A stretch of DNA of 55,624 bases from Armatimonadota bacterium (GCA_016235455.1 JACRKZ010000023.1:1-55624); one strand, 5' to 3'; positions 17,701-27,400 are shown, counted from the first letter of the stretch. The notes: generated from the sequence alone by a model not told the origin. Numbers and translations: made by a program.

Positions 17701-20496
17701 CTGGCCCGTCGAGTGAATCTCGATGCCGCTCTCTTCCACACCGTTGGCGCCGTCCAGGCTGCCGCTGTTGGAGATGGTGTTGCGCGCCGTGGTGGCCACG
17801 CCACCCACGCGCGACTTGCCCGGGCCATCGAGGAAGATGCCCGCGCCGCCGCTGCCGGTGATGGTGTTGCCCTGGATCAGGTTGTAGTCGTCCTTGTAGG
17901 GCGAGGCCGTCGGATTGGCGCTGTCATCGCCGGCCAGGCCCGTGACCCACACGCCCGCGTGATTGGTGAACACCACGCTCGTCGCCGGCGCCACACCGTT
18001 GTTGGTGATGGTGTTGCCGGCGTTGGTGGCCGAGCCGCCCACAATCGTTGGGAAGGGCTTGGTGCGTCCGGTGGGCAAGCCGGTGACCGTGTTCGAGCAG
18101 ATCCACACACCCGGCGCCAAGTGATTGGTGATGGTGTTGTTCTGAATCGTGTTCTGGCCGGTGCCGGGGACCGTCACGCCGTAGCCGCTACCGGCAATGG
18201 AGGTGATGGTCGCGGCGGCGCGACGGATGGTGTTGTTCGCGCCGTTCGCGGTGCCACCCAGCACGTTGTCGCCGGTGCCAGCCAGCACCACGTTGGCGCT
18301 GTACGGGTCCAAGCCGCCCGGGCTGGTGCCGTTGTCGGAGATCGTCGTGCGCTGGACCAGCGTCTGGCCCGAGCCCACGGTGTAGATGCCCGCGTTGACG
18401 CAGTTGCTGACACTGCATTCGCTGCCCGGCGTCTGGCTACCGACGTAGGCCTTGTCAGGCACGCCACCATTGACGCCGACCGAGGTCAGCACGCCGATAC
18501 CGCAGTTGGTGACATCGCTGTTGACGAGCTTGATGTTGTGGCCATTGATGAGCCACACGGCCGGTACCCAGGCGCTGGAGCCCGAGGTGGCGCTGCCGCT
18601 GATCTGCACGCCTTCAATGACGACGTTCTGGACCCGCGTCGCGGGCAGACCCACGCGCAGACCCGCGTTGGCCCACAGGTCGGAGACGGACTGGGTCAAG
18701 ACGCCCGTCGGGGCCGGCGTGTTGGTGGCCAGCGTGCCGCAGGCGATCGACAGATCGGGTGCGCCGTCACCGTTGATCTCACCATTTAGGGTCACGTTGT
18801 CGCGCGTGATGGCCGGCTGTGGCGTCGGCTGGGCAAACGGGTTGACCTGCAACGGCCAGAGGTCGACGACGGTCTTGGCGGCGTCCAACGTGATGGTCAG
18901 ATCGTTGTGGATGTACTGCGTACCGGCGATTGGGTCTTCCCACCAGATGGACATCTCGACGTAGTTGACATAGATGTTGCCGCCGCTGGCGCTGGTGCCC
19001 ACCAGGCAGACACCGAACCGCGGATCGTTGATGTCCGCGCCGGTCAGGTCGGTGAAGCCCCAGGTGTCCGTGGCCGTTCCGTACGTACCAGCGGTCTCAT
19101 AGCCGCTGGGGTTGACCACTGGCCAGTTGCCCCCCGAGGTCTTGGATGTCGGGCTGTAGTCCAGTCCCGCGCCGCCACCGGGCACCGGTCTCTGCAGAAC
19201 CACCGCGGTATCCTGCGCGGTCACGCCGGGGTCGACACAGCGCACGATGCGGCAGGCGATGCCGGTGATGCGCGCGTCGTCGGGCACGAGCTGGGTCGGC
19301 TGATTGTAGCGCCAGTCGCGCATGACCAGCTGCTGCGTGTGCTGGCCAGCGGTCAGCGCGCAACCGATGCGCTGCGTGTCGTCGGCCTTGATCAGCGCCG
19401 AGCGGCTGGGCGACGGGTTCACGTAGACGATGACTTCGACGTGGTCGATGATCGCCCACTGCTCGCCGCGGCCAGCGTTGTTGGCGTCGTTGGAGCCGTG
19501 CCACGAGTACTCAGCGGTGGTGGCGACGACAAAACCGAAGGTGGGATCGTTGATGTCGGCGGGCGACCAGGTCGTGCCCCACAGCGCGCCCGAGGGGGCA
19601 TGGCCAGCCATGGCGCCGCTGGGGCCGTAGGTCAGGACTGCGGGCGTACCGGCGTCCGGGTCGCCGCTCCAGGTGTCATTGCCGCGTCCGCTGGCCTGCG
19701 AGCCGCCCACTGCCGCGCCCGCCTTCAGCATCTGAATGCGGTTGGTCCAAATGCCCTGGTACGAGGGGCCGGCCTCGGGGCCGTTGCGCGTGTAGACGTA
19801 GAGGTTGACGTCAATGCCGGTGATCGTCGTACCGCTGGGGATGTTGAACCCGAGATTCTGGAAGCGAATGCCGTGACCCGCGATCTGCACGTTGTTGTGG
19901 TCGTTGTTGTCGTTCGACTGGGTGATGTTGTGCGGCTGGCCATAGCCGGCGTTGTCGAGGTTGACCAGCACGCGGCTACGTACGCCGGTACCGCTGCTGT
20001 TGTCGCCGGGCACGCCGGCATTGCCGCCGCCCGAACCGTTGTTGCCCCAGTTGGGCAGGCCGGTGAAGTACGGCGCCGCCGGCAGCGCGCCGGGCGGCAT
20101 GACGGTGTTACCCAGGCGGTACCAGTTGGTCGAGCCGCCAATCATGTCGGTGTCGTAGCAACTGAAAGGCGAGGCCTCCTGCACCGGACCGCCAGACCAG
20201 GCCTGGCCGGCCGCGCCGGCCCCCACCGCCGAGGAATCAGCAGCTTCGCAGACCTGGCGACCCACCTTGATGCGGTTCTGATTGCCGTAGGTCAACGCCT
20301 CGCGCAGAGACACCTGCCCGCGCTGCGCATAGATCATGTCCTGATGATCATACGCATTCTGCGGACCGTTCGACCCGTTCAGGTCGGCCGTCGCGGTGAC
20401 CACGGTGGTGGCTTGTCCGAAGGCCAGGCCCACGGTCCACAACAAAAGACCCAGGGCCAACACGCCTCGGCTGCGCATCACAGGCTGTTTGTCCAT
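8773..20496 (-). CDS. 3907-aa secreted surface protein: CSLREA-like N-terminus, two jelly-roll-like domains, long right-handed beta-helix, invasin-type Ig (Big_1) repeats, C-terminal FlgD-Ig
   Basis: Signal peptide ending LAFG-Q; VTATAD...VSLREAL; many NxIxGNxIG/GNGGxGV coils; repeated TNANGQTT/ADANG Ig motifs; C-terminal GRVVRQL...WDGKDADGRLVPAGSYIV; strong GC3 codon bias on this strand. Confidence 0.9.
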   Translation of the reverse strand: MDKQPVMRSRGVLALGLLLWTVGLAFGQATTVVTATADLNGSNGPQNAYDHQDMIYAQRGQVSLREALTYGNQNRIKVGRQVCEAADSSAVGAGAAGQAWSGGPVQEASPFSCYDTDMIGGSTNWYRLGNTVMPPGALPAAPYFTGLPNWGNNGSGGGNAGVPGDNSSGTGVRSRVLVNLDNAGYGQPHNITQSNDNNDHNNVQIAGHGIRFQNLGFNIPSGTTITGIDVNLYVYTRNGPEAGPSYQGIWTNRIQMLKAGAAVGGSQASGRGNDTWSGDPDAGTPAVLTYGPSGAMAGHAPSGALWGTTWSPADINDPTFGFVVATTAEYSWHGSNDANNAGRGEQWAIIDHVEVIVYVNPSPSRSALIKADDTQRIGCALTAGQHTQQLVMRDWRYNQPTQLVPDDARITGIACRIVRCVDPGVTAQDTAVVLQRPVPGGGAGLDYSPTSKTSGGNWPVVNPSGYETAGTYGTATDTWGFTDLTGADINDPRFGVCLVGTSASGGNIYVNYVEMSIWWEDPIAGTQYIHNDLTITLDAAKTVVDLWPLQVNPFAQPTPQPAITRDNVTLNGEINGDGAPDLSIACGTLATNTPAPTGVLTQSVSDLWANAGLRVGLPATRVQNVVIEGVQISGSATSGSSAWVPAVWLINGHNIKLVNSDVTNCGIGVLTSVGVNGGVPDKAYVGSQTPGSECSVSNCVNAGIYTVGSGQTLVQRTTISDNGTSPGGLDPYSANVVLAGTGDNVLGGTANGANNTIRRAAATITSIAGSGYGVTVPGTGQNTIQNNTITNHLAPGVWICSNTVTGLPTGRTKPFPTIVGGSATNAGNTITNNGVAPATSVVFTNHAGVWVTGLAGDDSANPTASPYKDDYNLIQGNTITGSGGAGIFLDGPGKSRVGGVATTARNTISNSGSLDGANGVEESGIEIHSTGQHYGDRLHPLQTANPNEVFANIIENNNITNNRHGINIIGTDDNLIGGAQAASLNAIANNSGDGIRIQGSGDTVVTGNYIGVARDGGGGANGVNGVEVTAGATGDNQIGGQSVSERNVISGNNSNGISILGSDGDMQDADPTNDNDGSNRIVGNYIGLTPSGVGTRGNGGNGIAITQQATGVNRIGGSLPGERNFIGGNTQYGVSIEGDASGGSNVVKGNFVGLDDGDQTGGGATMPHAAGNGAGGVLVNAAAAQIIGGSVLGEGNFISANAPDSNTADGVQLTGAGSHIVLGNAIGGRPLKTSGWPADPSLTTTTYGNNPFANGGAGVFVDTASIGNITIGGTGPNDGNTIVWNRQQGVNMAGTGIATVINNLIGAGPTAASGSSFVDLGNNSDGILISGAGANVIGGVAARQANVISGNGGHGINIPATGNNTVTRNKIGTDDTGQAAIGNDGDGVRITGTGTNVLSANTLSGNVGSGVYFRASGALTMAANFVGTNVSGDDTTQALASVTRAATAAVANRTHGVYLPAGHTGKLVLGDGSNANRNVIGGNTQSGVHVQGGQINDLNNNYIGVSSDGTLPVANGGDGVYIENWVSNHAPAGATTDITLVSNVITWGNAIRGNAIGGNRGNGVNVRSGSTVIWGNTIGSTRAGAAGAIVGNTGAGILINDMNLVNNRQSVVIGVYPEQPATTTSGNLITGNGSDGVRIMQAGGASSGSILDDVLIRGNSIGVYGTLAAGNAGNGVYVDRAVTGRIQIGDATTVALDRTARRNVIGRNTLWGINYKGQYTTTGSPNNAPLIYDNFIGTDDTGNVAAGNVAGGVLIDVNDATRAVRVGDDPANPDTGRSTLTSSNVISGNTGPAISFSSPARGYVYGNAIGLSESGSAVVGNGGEGVLIDVTAASTVTVGGADGTHRLRNIFVGNGTAATAGNPRPAVAVRTGLVNIVDNLFGWHETGGRVPQLIADGGNDGGGVWLGQPTALSSTFTIPAATTVEASGAANGQPGVRLDTDIAFALTDIPVHGGFGPGYEIRADGNITLTNCDSANNAGDGVLVDASSGGNLVLDQTSLTSNGQSGLDSAGTGGLTFTTSPVNGNGGGGVKANAPQTIVFTTSPVTSNTGGGGVVVTGPGTGTLTLTDSAVTGNAGLGLSSTSTGAMAATNGPIRGNTGGGVVAAGQLALTDCPVGGATAGQPNGGNGVLVTGTGTVTLTRSDVIGNSGGGVLSSSTGLLTLVTNPVTGNTGGIGASTAGGAVITDSPISTNGGNGVVASGTGAVTLTRSAVSDNTGGGVLSSSTGLLTLDTSPITHNTGGHGATTAGGVLATDSAISQNGGDGVRVSGTAGTSLTRSAVTNNTGGGVLSTSTGAMVLATSPVTSNTGGIGVATNGGAALTDSPVTSNGGTGLTASGAGNVTLTNSEVRANTAGGLVTSHSGIITLDTSPVTSNTNGVGISATTNSNITLTNSAVGSNGGAGISSTGTAAISLTGSSVTSNTGDGVAAGGSVTLATSDVTGNQGDGVTVTGAGAISAPNVSISTNTGAGVRNAGSGGTTITGGSVDSNGGPGVVVTGSGALTFTNAQANTNGTGATRAPGLSLTGSGTYVVRQSTITGNGSDGIVLGVAGGQNCGNASIGLSANSEFLSNSTVAGKGSGNNANLITTNGGWGVNIARGTGCVVRGNMITDNVGGGINGPVVASPNFYFNGLVKSNPTTIVVGGKAPANTRVEIYEAKDLAINVPSLSGHQGQVQKRLAAVNSDAAGVFSVDVPTSRFIQADDNLKLVTGLIIDATTGNTTTFARNTGQPNLVRVNGNPVQSRITVNPKTVQAENITGRQTSTVTLALADVLGTPLAGVSNASLHVASPNPHTFVTMVPAEGTAQTTSAPSGALPGGTITAAVSATDRVNCANTVVTFGAAVAGVSLDPVDQPASEVLTITAGNPEVTQTTLAVDPFADPNTEPVADGVFPAVLRISIHDNSASHCVLSGFSRDRVRVVQISGPAGGTATIGTPPADSDANGQLTVQVTATKAGSYVFGVQTDVAGDGFQSPADDMPAANNQTVVFKVGPIDASRSDVTADKTTVLANGGKRVNGAADAVNTVTFSLTVYDGLGNAPIPNLPASDILITGAAVGSSTPYTPADGVVVTVNGPTNANGQTTASVTSTLSGIIEFTTRVVYRGTTTALADKPQVDFRDQLSVANSSVTISNASMKADDTDTSTITITVKDGSDAASPVAGVPASAITITPNPAAGVVISGLTATNAQGVATATIKGNMPAVPVDVTFTVNVAWPAAGQPAAGVKPVPSITLSQQPTIRFVVGDGSTIVLTADRTTMRPNGRDAATLTALLTDRLNHPIPGQTVTLSVADGRGVAVVQPSTTTGSAGTVTATVTATQRNVPGAVIQASLVPAGGTPVKLAEITLVFRYPDPDPARSTLTFTADNPLLGNNLAKVTGTIEMRDSVGTAGDPIPGIDPARFHVDVFQVGTTTAATGVTVNLPTVATDANGQTTFTATSTKAQTVTFRARVDREDGSGQVTIAQTFDVEYVGFVVQTYTPGLHMMGVGALPRDPRPQAVLANASNFDLATWLGAQQTYMLYSPAQTQAPLQMVPGRGFWLQLQDYLTLTVVGDLTDQTQPFPVASAAPMAMSQGWNMVANPYPVPYNFTLSRIDVYRNGGLVGNLGTAAAQALVEPYAWRWDPALQYLLMLDPSVSASGNVSGTVQPGRGFWWLVNQPGVSVRLQAPVASGRAETRAAATAGSWVATIDATTEGGSSQVFLGAGDKRLRAAAPPDAPVTPVVRAEIVDDAGRAASDVRTGPFTKKQLWSLNVTAAKAGDVTLSWKGLTRALPAHHRLTLVDPTNGQRVVMNSRAAYTYSTSGGTRAFNVELDPHGSRGLNITDVHAGATRSRAQGVPIAVTLTADAKVVLTVKGLGGRVVRQLTVDGASGSNALSWDGKDADGRLVPAGSYIVEVTAYTEEGEMAKQVVNLTVR
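13276..14320 (-). repeat. Intragenic 204-bp (68-aa, three-coil) tandem repeat, about 5 diverged units
   Basis: Units such as TGTVTLTRSDVIGNSGGGVLSSSTGLLTL and TGAVTLTRSAVSDNTGGGVLSSSTGLLTL; the 21-mer GGTCAGCAGGCCCGTGCTGCT occurs at 13810 and 14014. Confidence 0.85.
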
Positions 20497-20558
20497 CTCT
20501 GTCGCCTCAGTTCGGGTTCGTCGACAATTGCGTTCTTAGGTTCGGCGGGAAAAGGGGG

Positions 20559-20963
20559 TTAGCGCGACCTCGGCGGATTGGGCGGACCGGTGATGTCCGT
20601 CCAGCCCAGCGGGCGCAAGCCTACGGTGACCAGGTCCTCGGTGCTCAGCACCAGGCGCGTGCCGGCCTCGTAGTTGTCGGCCGAGGCGTTGAGCACCTGA
20701 TCGACGCGCTCCATGCCAGGCAGAGTGAACTCGCCGGTCGGTCCGGAAACCGTGCTCTGACCGCCCATGGTGACGCTGGCGGCCACGATCGGCACGCCGG
20801 TCGAGGCGTTAATGACCACGCCGGAGAGGGCGCGACGGCTCAACGCGGGGGGCAGATCCCCTCCGCCGGCCGTGCTGCCTCCGCAGCCCGACAGCATGCC
20901 GCTGCCAATGAGCAACCCAATGCTGGCGACCAATGCCGCACGCAAAGCCGTTCGGCGCTTCAT
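20559..20963 (-). CDS. Lipoprotein with carboxypeptidase-regulatory-like (transthyretin-like) domain
   Basis: MKRR start after GAGG; lipobox LSG-C; LSGVVINASTGVPIVAASV...GEFTL...ADNYE; Pro-rich tail. Confidence 0.8.
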   Translation of the reverse strand: MKRRTALRAALVASIGLLIGSGMLSGCGGSTAGGGDLPPALSRRALSGVVINASTGVPIVAASVTMGGQSTVSGPTGEFTLPGMERVDQVLNASADNYEAGTRLVLSTEDLVTVGLRPLGWTDITGPPNPPRSR

Positions 20964-21021
20964 TCCTCGGCCTCTTCCTGCCATCACCCGTCTCCGTCGC
21001 ACGGGGCGACCCGAAGGTCAT

Positions 21022-21051
21022 AGAGTACGCAACCAGCGGAAAGTTTGTCAA
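21022..21051 (-). promoter_or_regulatory. Sigma70-type promoter for the lipoprotein and giant protein genes
   Basis: TTGACA-18 nt-TACTCT on the minus strand, about 60 nt upstream of the start codon. Confidence 0.6.
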
Positions 21052-21406
21052 GTTGGCCCCGGAACCTTCCGGCAACCGCCACTTCTTTCCGCCGAGCGCT
21101 CTGCCAACACGCCAGACGTTAGTCCAGGTTACTTGTAGGGGGAGTCCGTACCGATCCGGCCGAGCCGGTGTCCAGGTCAAGCACCGCCGGCCTCGAGTCT
21201 GGCGTGACCCGAGACAGTTGACACCGCCTGCCTGGCTACGATGCTGGGGCTGGGAGGCGCCCCGGGGGAGCGTGCATCGCATCCAGTTTTTAACACATAC
21301 CCAGCGGTTTGGTCAACCAAACACCATTTCTGGTTTGGCTCAGGAGGGCCAGTGGCTCCCCAGACAGGCGCCGCCATCGGCCAGGGGCGGCGCCTGTCTG
21401 GCCGGC

Positions 21407-24400
21407 TCAGGGCAGCACCACCACGCGCCGAGCGATGCCGCCGAGGTTGCCCGCGCCGTCACGGCTCTGTGCGGTGAGCAGGTGCACGCCGGCCGCGGTG
21501 CCGCTCAGCTTGGCGCTGCTCAGGCCGTCCGCGAGCGTCACGGGGCCAGCCGCCTCCAGCGCGTTGTCGAGCCGGGCACCACCGGCGACGATGCCCGTGG
21601 CGTCGTAGTCGACCCAGTTCGCGGTCACGTCGCGCGCGGGCTGCGGGCCGAACACGGCCACGTTGTCCAGGCAGTACTCGACGCCGCTGTTGGAACCGTA
21701 CTCGTTGATGACCACGTAGTGCACGCTGAGCTTGCCGACCGGTATCTTGGCGCGCGCCAGCTTGGCCAGGTCGACGAAGACGGTGTGCCACTTGCCATCA
21801 GCCACCACTTCCACCGCGCCCAGTTCGCCGTAGCTGCGGTTGCGGCCGTTGAGCGCCACGTAGTACCAGTTGCCGTTGAGGTAGACCAGCAGGTGCAGCA
21901 GCGCGCCCGAGTTGATCTTGTAGTCGAAGCTCAGGTACGGGTACTGCTCCAGGTCGTACAGCCCGATGTGCAAGGGGGCCCCCGAGTCACCGGTGACACA
22001 GCGCGCCACGGTGTCGTTGCGCTCGGTGTCGCGCGCCAGGTTGACCATGGACTGGTACGAGCTCCAGCGCTCCGGGCCGTCGCCGGCGCCACGGTTGTAG
22101 GAGGTCATCTGAAGCAACGGCTGGCCGGCGACGGTCACCTCCGGCGCCAGTGGCGGCTCCTTGTCGGCGGCGTAACTGATCTTGGCGTCCCAGGTGGCCG
22201 CCACGGGGTCGTTGCCGGCGTAGTCTCCGGCAGATAGTGAGAGCTTGACCGGCGTGCCGTCGGGCACGGGTCCGCCGAACTTGGGCTGGCCCCAGGCCCA
22301 GCGCCAGATGAGCCGCTCGCCGCGGTAGGAGACCCGGCCGCGGGTCAGCTTGACGGGCTGACCATCGACCGCCAGCTGCACGGTGCTCGCGTCCAGGTCG
22401 GCGTCGTCGGAGCCGCTGATGGGCACCACCAGGTCGGACGAGCCGAGCGCCGCCATGGCCGGGCTGGGCTGGCCGAGCACCGGCACCGTGCCGTCCACCA
22501 GCAGCGGTGTGCGCTCGATCGGTCCCGCATTGCCGGCCCGGTCGACCGCCTGCACGGAGAACCAGAGCAGGCCGGCGGGCGCGTCCCGGAAGGTGGCGCT
22601 GACCACCTCGCCGGCCACGGCCGTCGCGGGCGCCGCGTTCTCGTCGGCCGACAGGCCGTAGCGCCAGCCGCCGATGCCACCGGCATCGTCGGCGCTCCAG
22701 CCGAGCGTGAAGCCCTTGACGCCGCTGACCACCTTGACCAGGCGGATCGGGCCGAGCCGGTACGAGGAGCCGGGTGCCTCGCCACTGTAGCCCGACTCGC
22801 TCAGGTTCAGGGCGTTGGCGCCGTACATGCCGGGGATGAAATCGAACTGCTGCGCCGCCATCTTGCGTAGCGGCACCATGGCGCGATGCCATTGCCCATC
22901 ACGCGTCGCGTCGGGCACGGTGCCCAGCGCGCGGTAAGGGCCGGCGGCGTCGGTGAACATCAGGCTGTACAGGCTGCCGCCGGCGGTGCTCAACGTGAAG
23001 TCGGCGCGCACGGGTGCGGCCATCTGGTAGTCGAACAGCATCAACGGGGTGTGGCCGAGATCGATCGATTCCGCCAGCAGGCGCGTCAGCATGGTGCCGG
23101 CCAGCTTGAGGTTGGTGATCTTCAGGCTGCCCTCGCCCGGCTTCGGCCCCACCGCGGGGTCGTAGGTGGCGGCCACGCTGAGCCCGTCGACCAGCTTGCT
23201 CAAGTCGGCGCGCTCGGGCAGCAGCGACCAACCCGCGCCGGTCACCACCGGCCGACTTGGCGGCAGTTTGTCGGCCGCGCGCCGGTAGACCCGCTCGAAC
23301 TTGACCTCGCGCTGCCCGCCGGCGGCGTAGGTGGCCGTGACCACCACGGGCACTTTCTGGCCATCGCCAAAGGTCTGGCCCGCCGGCGGCGTCAGGACCA
23401 GGCGGCGCCCTTCGCAGCGCACGCGCAAGCCCTTGCTCCAGGTGTCGCTGAGCGTGCCCACGGTCAGCGTCAGGCCGCTGGGCACCAGGTCGTCGCCGTC
23501 GAGGGCGATGTCCCCACCGTCCCAGGGCGCCGCCACGTCGACTGGCGTCAGGGCCGGCTGGGCCGGCGCCACCAGCAGCGGCAGGTGCACCGCCGCGGTC
23601 ATGGCGCCGTCCTCGAGTTGCGCCTGCAGGTGCAGGTAGCTGAGGCCCGGGCCGCTGGGCGTCTTGACGCCCTCGACCGGCGTGTCCGGCGGCAGCGCCT
23701 CCGGCCGGGGATCGACCGAGGCGCGAATGGTCTTCACCGCGCCGGTGCGCCCGCCGGCGGATGGCGTCACCTGCACCAGCGGCGTCAAGTCGGCATCGGC
23801 GCCGACCTCGGGTACCAGCGCGAAGTTGGCCAGGGCATACCACGCGCCGGCCGGATTGCCGCCGAAGCCCGCGGTGAGATAGCCCTCATGGCGCATGCCG
23901 AAGCGCAGATCGGTCAGCCGCACAGGCGCGGTGCCGAACTGCCGCCGCAAGGCCGCGGCCAGCGGCAGCCGCAGCGTGTGCCACTTGCCGTCGGCCACCA
24001 CCGCCGGGCTCGGCGCGGCCAACAGGCGCAGCACCGGTGTGTCCTCGGTCGGCCCGCTGAGCGGCACAAACAGCGGCTGTTCGTTGATGTCCAGGTACAG
24101 ATTGATCTTGGTCTCGGGCGGGATGCGATAGGCGAACGTGAGCAGGTTGGCCCGCGACAGGTCGAACCCGTTGATGACCGCGGGATCCTCGGCCGGAGCG
24201 CCCTTGGCCGCGCGACGGCGCCAGGCCACGGGCGGTTTGGCCCCATCCGCCACGGCGGCGTCGAAGGGCATGACCGCATCGAACGTGTCGCCCGGCAGAT
24301 GGTTGCGCACCAGCAGGTACGGCCGGCCCTGCTCGCTGAGCGCTTCGAGGGTCACCGCGCGCTTGCCGTCACGCGTCGTCCAGCCTTGGGTGGAGCCGTT

Positions 24401-27400
24401 CCAGTCGAAGGCGGCCGCGGGCAGATCGCGCAACGTAGCCCGCAGGCCCGGCGCGCCGGCCGCCGGTGGGGTCACCGGGTCACGGCTCAGCAGCCGCCGG
24501 GGGATGATCTTGTTGGTGTAGGTGACCCGCACGCGCGACACGACGATCTGGTCGTCCTGGGTCCACAGTGCCACGCGGTCGCCGTTGGCGGCCGGCGCGG
24601 GCGCGTCGAGCACCTTGACGTTGTCGAAATAGCCCTCGACCTTACCGCCGATGAGCCGGCTCTTCATGTAGTACCACGCGCCGTGCACATCGCGACCGGG
24701 CGCCACATAGGGCACGGGGATGATCCGCGCGCCGGTGCTTTCGCGCGTGCAGGGCGCCAGTTGGCGGTCGGTCTCGACGATCGTCTTGTTGCCCTGGGCG
24801 AGCCGGGTGTACTTGCCCGACCAGGCCGGGTCCCAGGCGCTGGGGATGAGGCTGATCCCGCTCTCCAGGTCGAACGGCCGGCAGGCGAAACTCATGTTGA
24901 AATCGCCCACGCGCGGGTAGTAGTAAGCCAGGTCGGACTGCATGCGCATGCCGGCGTAGTACTCGACGGTCATGTCACCCGTGAACGCGTACTTGCTCCA
25001 CAGCGCCGCCAGCCCGCGGCGCCCCATGCCGGTCATGTGCGACCAGGTCGGCGTGCAGGAGAAGCGATTGGTGACGATCCACTCGCCCTGCTGCACCCAG
25101 TCGGCCGGCGCGCTCTCGAAGACTTCATCCACCACGCCATCTCGACGACAGCGCACATCCCACAGCACGCCGGGGTGCGTGGTCCAGAGCGCCACGCGGG
25201 TGCCGACCGCAGGCTGGGCATCGTGATGGCAGAGCAGGTCGCGATCGTCGAGCGCCACCCAAGTCACGCCGCCGTCGCGGCCGACGCGGACCTCCGCGGC
25301 GTCCTTGGGCAGCGGCGCCTTGGCCAGCTCCTTGCCACCCAGCGACAGCGCCACCGCGCCTTGGTCGGTACCACCGCCGTTGATGGTCACCACGTAGCCG
25401 TCACCCTCGCCCGGCGCCACCGTGGACGGCGCGCCTTCGGGCGTGGTGACCGCCGGCTTCCAGCTCTCGTTGGTGGCATTGAGCAGCACGGCGATGGGGC
25501 CGCGTTGGGTTGGCAGCACCAGGTGGTAGGAGCCGAAGAAGTCGCCTTTGTGCCAGAACTGCGTGGGTGTGCCCTGCGCCACGGCCGCGCTGGTGCCAGT
25601 CAGCAGCTTGGGGTCGACATTGGCCGCCAGCGCAGGCAGCGCTGGGGCCGCGGGCGCCGCCGCCGCGGCCACCGGCGCGGCTGGCGCGTCCTTGGCCGGC
25701 ACCGTCCAGGCCGGGTTGTTCTCGGGTCCGCCGGCGGGGTACCAGTCGGCCAGCGACGAGGCCCAGTTGAGCATGAACGGGTCGCTGGCGAACACCGTGT
25801 CGTCGATGGCGATCTCGGTGTCGCGCGACACATCCTGCCGCAGCCGCACGGCGCCGAACGACGCCGTGGTATCGGTGCTGGTCACGCCGAGCCGGCCGGC
25901 CGGCGCACTGCCGGCGGCGCGCAGCCGCAACTGGCCGTCGCGCCGCACGTTGACGCGGCCGTCCTCCAGCAGGTCGAGCGCGATACGGTGCGCCACGCCG
26001 GGCGCCAGCACATCCTTGGCCACCGCGCGCACGCTGCGCTTGCCGTCGGCGACGTCGATGATCGACAGGTTGCCCTGTGCGTCCCACACCGCGGTGGCGT
26101 AGTTGCGGTCGTCCCGCCAGCCAAAGAGCAGGCCCACCCAGCCCGGCCGGTCGGCGCGCGCAACCGTGTCCAGCCGCCATGAGCCACCCACCGGATCGCC
26201 CAACAGGTAGCGACTGGTGGCGCCCGAGGTGGACACCAGCTTTTGCCGGCCGGCATCGTTGGCGATGGCCTGCCCCGCGTCGGGCGCCAACCGCCAGGAA
26301 CCACCTGCCGGCGCACCGTTGACCTTCAGGTCGGCGGCACGATCCATGGGCCAGTCCAGGTTGGTCAGGCAGCGGACATCGTCGAACAGCGTCTCGTCGA
26401 CCGCGCCGGGCACCGACGGCGCACTCCACAGGCCGATGGACCCGCCGACCAGCGCCGGGTCGACGCGCTCGAACAGCACGTCGCCGTCGAGCAGGCAGCT
26501 CAGCCGGTCACCGCGCACGCGCGCGCCCAGGCGGAACCACTGTTCGTTGGAGAGCATGGTCGTGCCGCCGGCCAGCACCGTCTGGCGCTCGCCCTCGACC
26601 CGCACCAGCTCGATGCGCCGCGGCATCAGCGGCCAGCCGCCGAGGTCGGCGCGCAACAGGAAATAGTCGGTGGCCGAGCGAGCACCGAAGATGAGGCCGC
26701 CCCACGTGGCACCGCGGCCCTTGACCGACGTCTGCACCTCGTAGTCATCCCAGAAGCGCTGGCCCGCCAACACCGCCGCCGGCTTGCCGCCTTCGGGGGT
26801 GAGGCCCAGCGAGAAGGGGTTGACGCTAAGGCGCATGTCGGCGTGCGGGTTGGTCTCGCTGACCGAGTAGAACCGCCACTTGCCGGCCACATGCTGCCAG
26901 ACGCCCAACTGCTGCTGGTCCTTGGTGCGCATGAAGTCGTCGGTGAAGTAGACGTCCTCCACGGGCTGGTAGCCAGCATCGACCGGGGCCACCTTGGTGG
27001 CCGACTTGGCGGGCACCTGGCAGCCGGCGCGGCCGGCATGGAAGCTGCCGTCCATCGCGGCCAGCAGGCGCTGGCCATCGACGATCACGTAGAGCATCGA
27101 CTCGCGTCGACGAAGGGTGATCTCCCGGGGAGTCGCGACGCCGGGCCCGGTGGCGAGGTCGACCGCCGGCCGATCGAGGCGGGTAAGGAGGGAAGCCGTC
27201 GCGCTCAAATCGAATCGATAGCCATGCTGTGCATCAGAAGCGGCGAAGACGAGACTTAGCGGACTCGGACCGGTCACCGCCAGGCGCAGATCGGATTGCG
27301 CATCGGGCGTGTCGGCCAGGGCCGTGAAGCCGTTGGGCAGGGGCGCGGTCTGCGCCAGGACGTGACCGGCAGAAGCCAGGCCAACGCAGCAGAGGATAGC

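Noticed and set aside
8599-18789. 3396-aa ORF on the + strand
   Set aside because: Antisense shadow of the 3907-aa gene caused by strong codon bias; Arg/His/Ala-rich with no motifs.
22886-26182. 1098-aa + strand ORF and other long antisense ORFs (275..2287, 3059..5566, 42927..45074, 46959..49244)
   Set aside because: Each overlaps a well-supported gene on the opposite strand; typical high-GC shadow frames.
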